Below, piece by piece: positions 63,078 to 64,000 of a stretch of 64,000 nucleotides of DNA; the first letter of the stretch is position 1, and every line of letters starts with the position of its first letter. The position numbers and the translations under genes were made by a program. The notes beneath the pieces were generated by a model. It was not told the DNA's origin and did not search any database. It saw nothing but the letters and a program-made list of their open reading frames with translations. The stretch lies in NCBI GenBank assembly GCA_045127215.1, contig JBGVPV010000049.1, positions 230 through 64,229 of the forward strand, written 5' to 3'. This stretch comes from Eubacteriales bacterium. Lineage in GTDB: Bacteria; Bacillota; Clostridia; Oscillospirales; CAG-272.

Positions 63078-63962
63078 TCAGTCGTCTTTTTTCTTTTGTG
63101 ATTTGGAAATTTTATTCTTTACGTTTTCAACCGCCTGCGGAACAAGTATGCTGTTAAGAGCTTGCTTAAGCGTTGCGTAATTGTAGTTGCGCTCCAGCGT
63201 TCCGCCAACCGCCAACGATATTTTTCCCGTTTCCTCGGAGACAATTATAACCACGGCGTCACTCACCTCAGTCAAACCAATAGCGGCTCTGTGTCGCGTG
63301 CCAAGATCCTTGTCAATATCCTCTTTGGTCGATAACGGAAGAAAACAACCTGCCGCCGCTATTCTGCCGTTACGCAGGATAACTGCACCATCGTGAAGCG
63401 GAGCCTTGTTGAAGAATATATTTTTCAATACGAACGGCGAAACCACGGAGTCTATTTCAACACCCGACCTGATAAAGTCACCAAGCTTTGTGGAACGCTC
63501 AATAACCATAAGCGCGCCCAATTTGTCTCGCGAAAGATCAGCCGCCGCCGTACAAACAGATTCGATCTGCGCACTAACCGACGCCATAGCCTCAGAGTTC
63601 GCAGCTATACTCTTGATACCCGTGATCGGAGTGCCGCCAACTCTTTCAAGCGCCGTACGGAATTCAGGCTGAAACAGTACGAGGATCGCAATAAGTCCGA
63701 GCTGTTGGAAATTACCGAATATAAATCCAAGTGCACTCATCTCAAAGACCTCGGCAATTACCGATATCGCAAGCATCACGATAAGTCCTATGATCAGCTT
63801 CCAAGCGCGACTGTCACGTATAAGATTGTATATGAAGAAAAGAACCAAAGATAACAGTAATATGTCAATTACGTCCTTAACCTCTATGTTTCGCAGAGTT
63901 TCTCCGAAAAAATACTTTAAAAAATCAGAGAAAATTTCCGCAAGAGATTTAATTCCATTCAT
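63078..63962 (-). CDS. cdaA: Diadenylate cyclase CdaA (DacA)
   Basis: 294 aa with three N-terminal TMs. DAC domain motifs PLHDGAVIL, GTRHRAAIG, VSEETG. GGGAGGG RBS. Confidence 0.95.
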   Translation of the reverse strand: MNGIKSLAEIFSDFLKYFFGETLRNIEVKDVIDILLLSLVLFFIYNLIRDSRAWKLIIGLIVMLAISVIAEVFEMSALGFIFGNFQQLGLIAILVLFQPEFRTALERVGGTPITGIKSIAANSEAMASVSAQIESVCTAAADLSRDKLGALMVIERSTKLGDFIRSGVEIDSVVSPFVLKNIFFNKAPLHDGAVILRNGRIAAAGCFLPLSTKEDIDKDLGTRHRAAIGLTEVSDAVVIIVSEETGKISLAVGGTLERNYNYATLKQALNSILVPQAVENVKNKISKSQKKKDD

Positions 63963-64000
63963 TAAATCGCCCTCCCGAAAAAGCTGAAAAATCGACAGAA

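Noticed and set aside
1-64000. Search for CRISPR repeats, transposase/integrase genes, phage blocks, restriction-modification, toxin-antitoxin pairs or defence-island signatures
   Set aside because: None seen. The only direct repeats are the 15-nt in-gene repeat at 22205..22248, the 10-bp phased A/T tracts at 52121..52149, and the shared 25-nt promoter module. Every large ORF has a housekeeping assignment or is a single hypothetical gene.

Overview
This window is a core-chromosome segment of a spore-forming Firmicute of class Clostridia. Gene order and the THF riboswitch resemble Oscillospiraceae/Ruminococcaceae, a judgement made from memory only. I call 55 protein genes (47 on the minus strand), 2 tRNAs, a valine T-box leader, a THF riboswitch, and many near-consensus SigA promoters and intrinsic terminators. 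Content is almost entirely housekeeping, in these blocks: greA; valS; tRNA-Met/Glu; mscL; tex-rsuA-folC-folT; glyQS; tldD/pmbA; tgt; miaB-ricA-mutS-mutL; folD; lgt; an M16 peptidase pair; rplU-prp-rpmA; tadA; a glycogen cluster (glgB-like, glgC, glgD, glgA, glgP, GH13); the sporulation/division block spoVB-like-mazG-hup-yabO-yabP-yabQ-divIC; hemZ; dtd; relA; recJ; cdaA. I found no CRISPR array, transposase, integrase, restriction-modification, toxin-antitoxin or recognisable defence genes, and I cannot support a claim of a new multi-gene system here. The observations most worth a second look are: (1) a half-length GlgB-like ORF without catalytic signatures at the head of the glg operon; (2) a GC-rich 170-nt spacer before the SpoVB/MurJ-like flippase gene, enclosed by inverted repeats; (3) a 160-nt cluster of perfect tetraloop hairpins after the tRNA operon; (4) a SigE-like promoter nested inside the terminator hairpin that also holds the yabP ribosome-binding site; (5) cdaA followed by a 76-aa anchor-only protein instead of a full CdaR. 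All CDS coordinates include the stop codon. Several starts are trimmed from the ORF track where an in-frame ATG with a Shine-Dalgarno (SD) sequence lies downstream.
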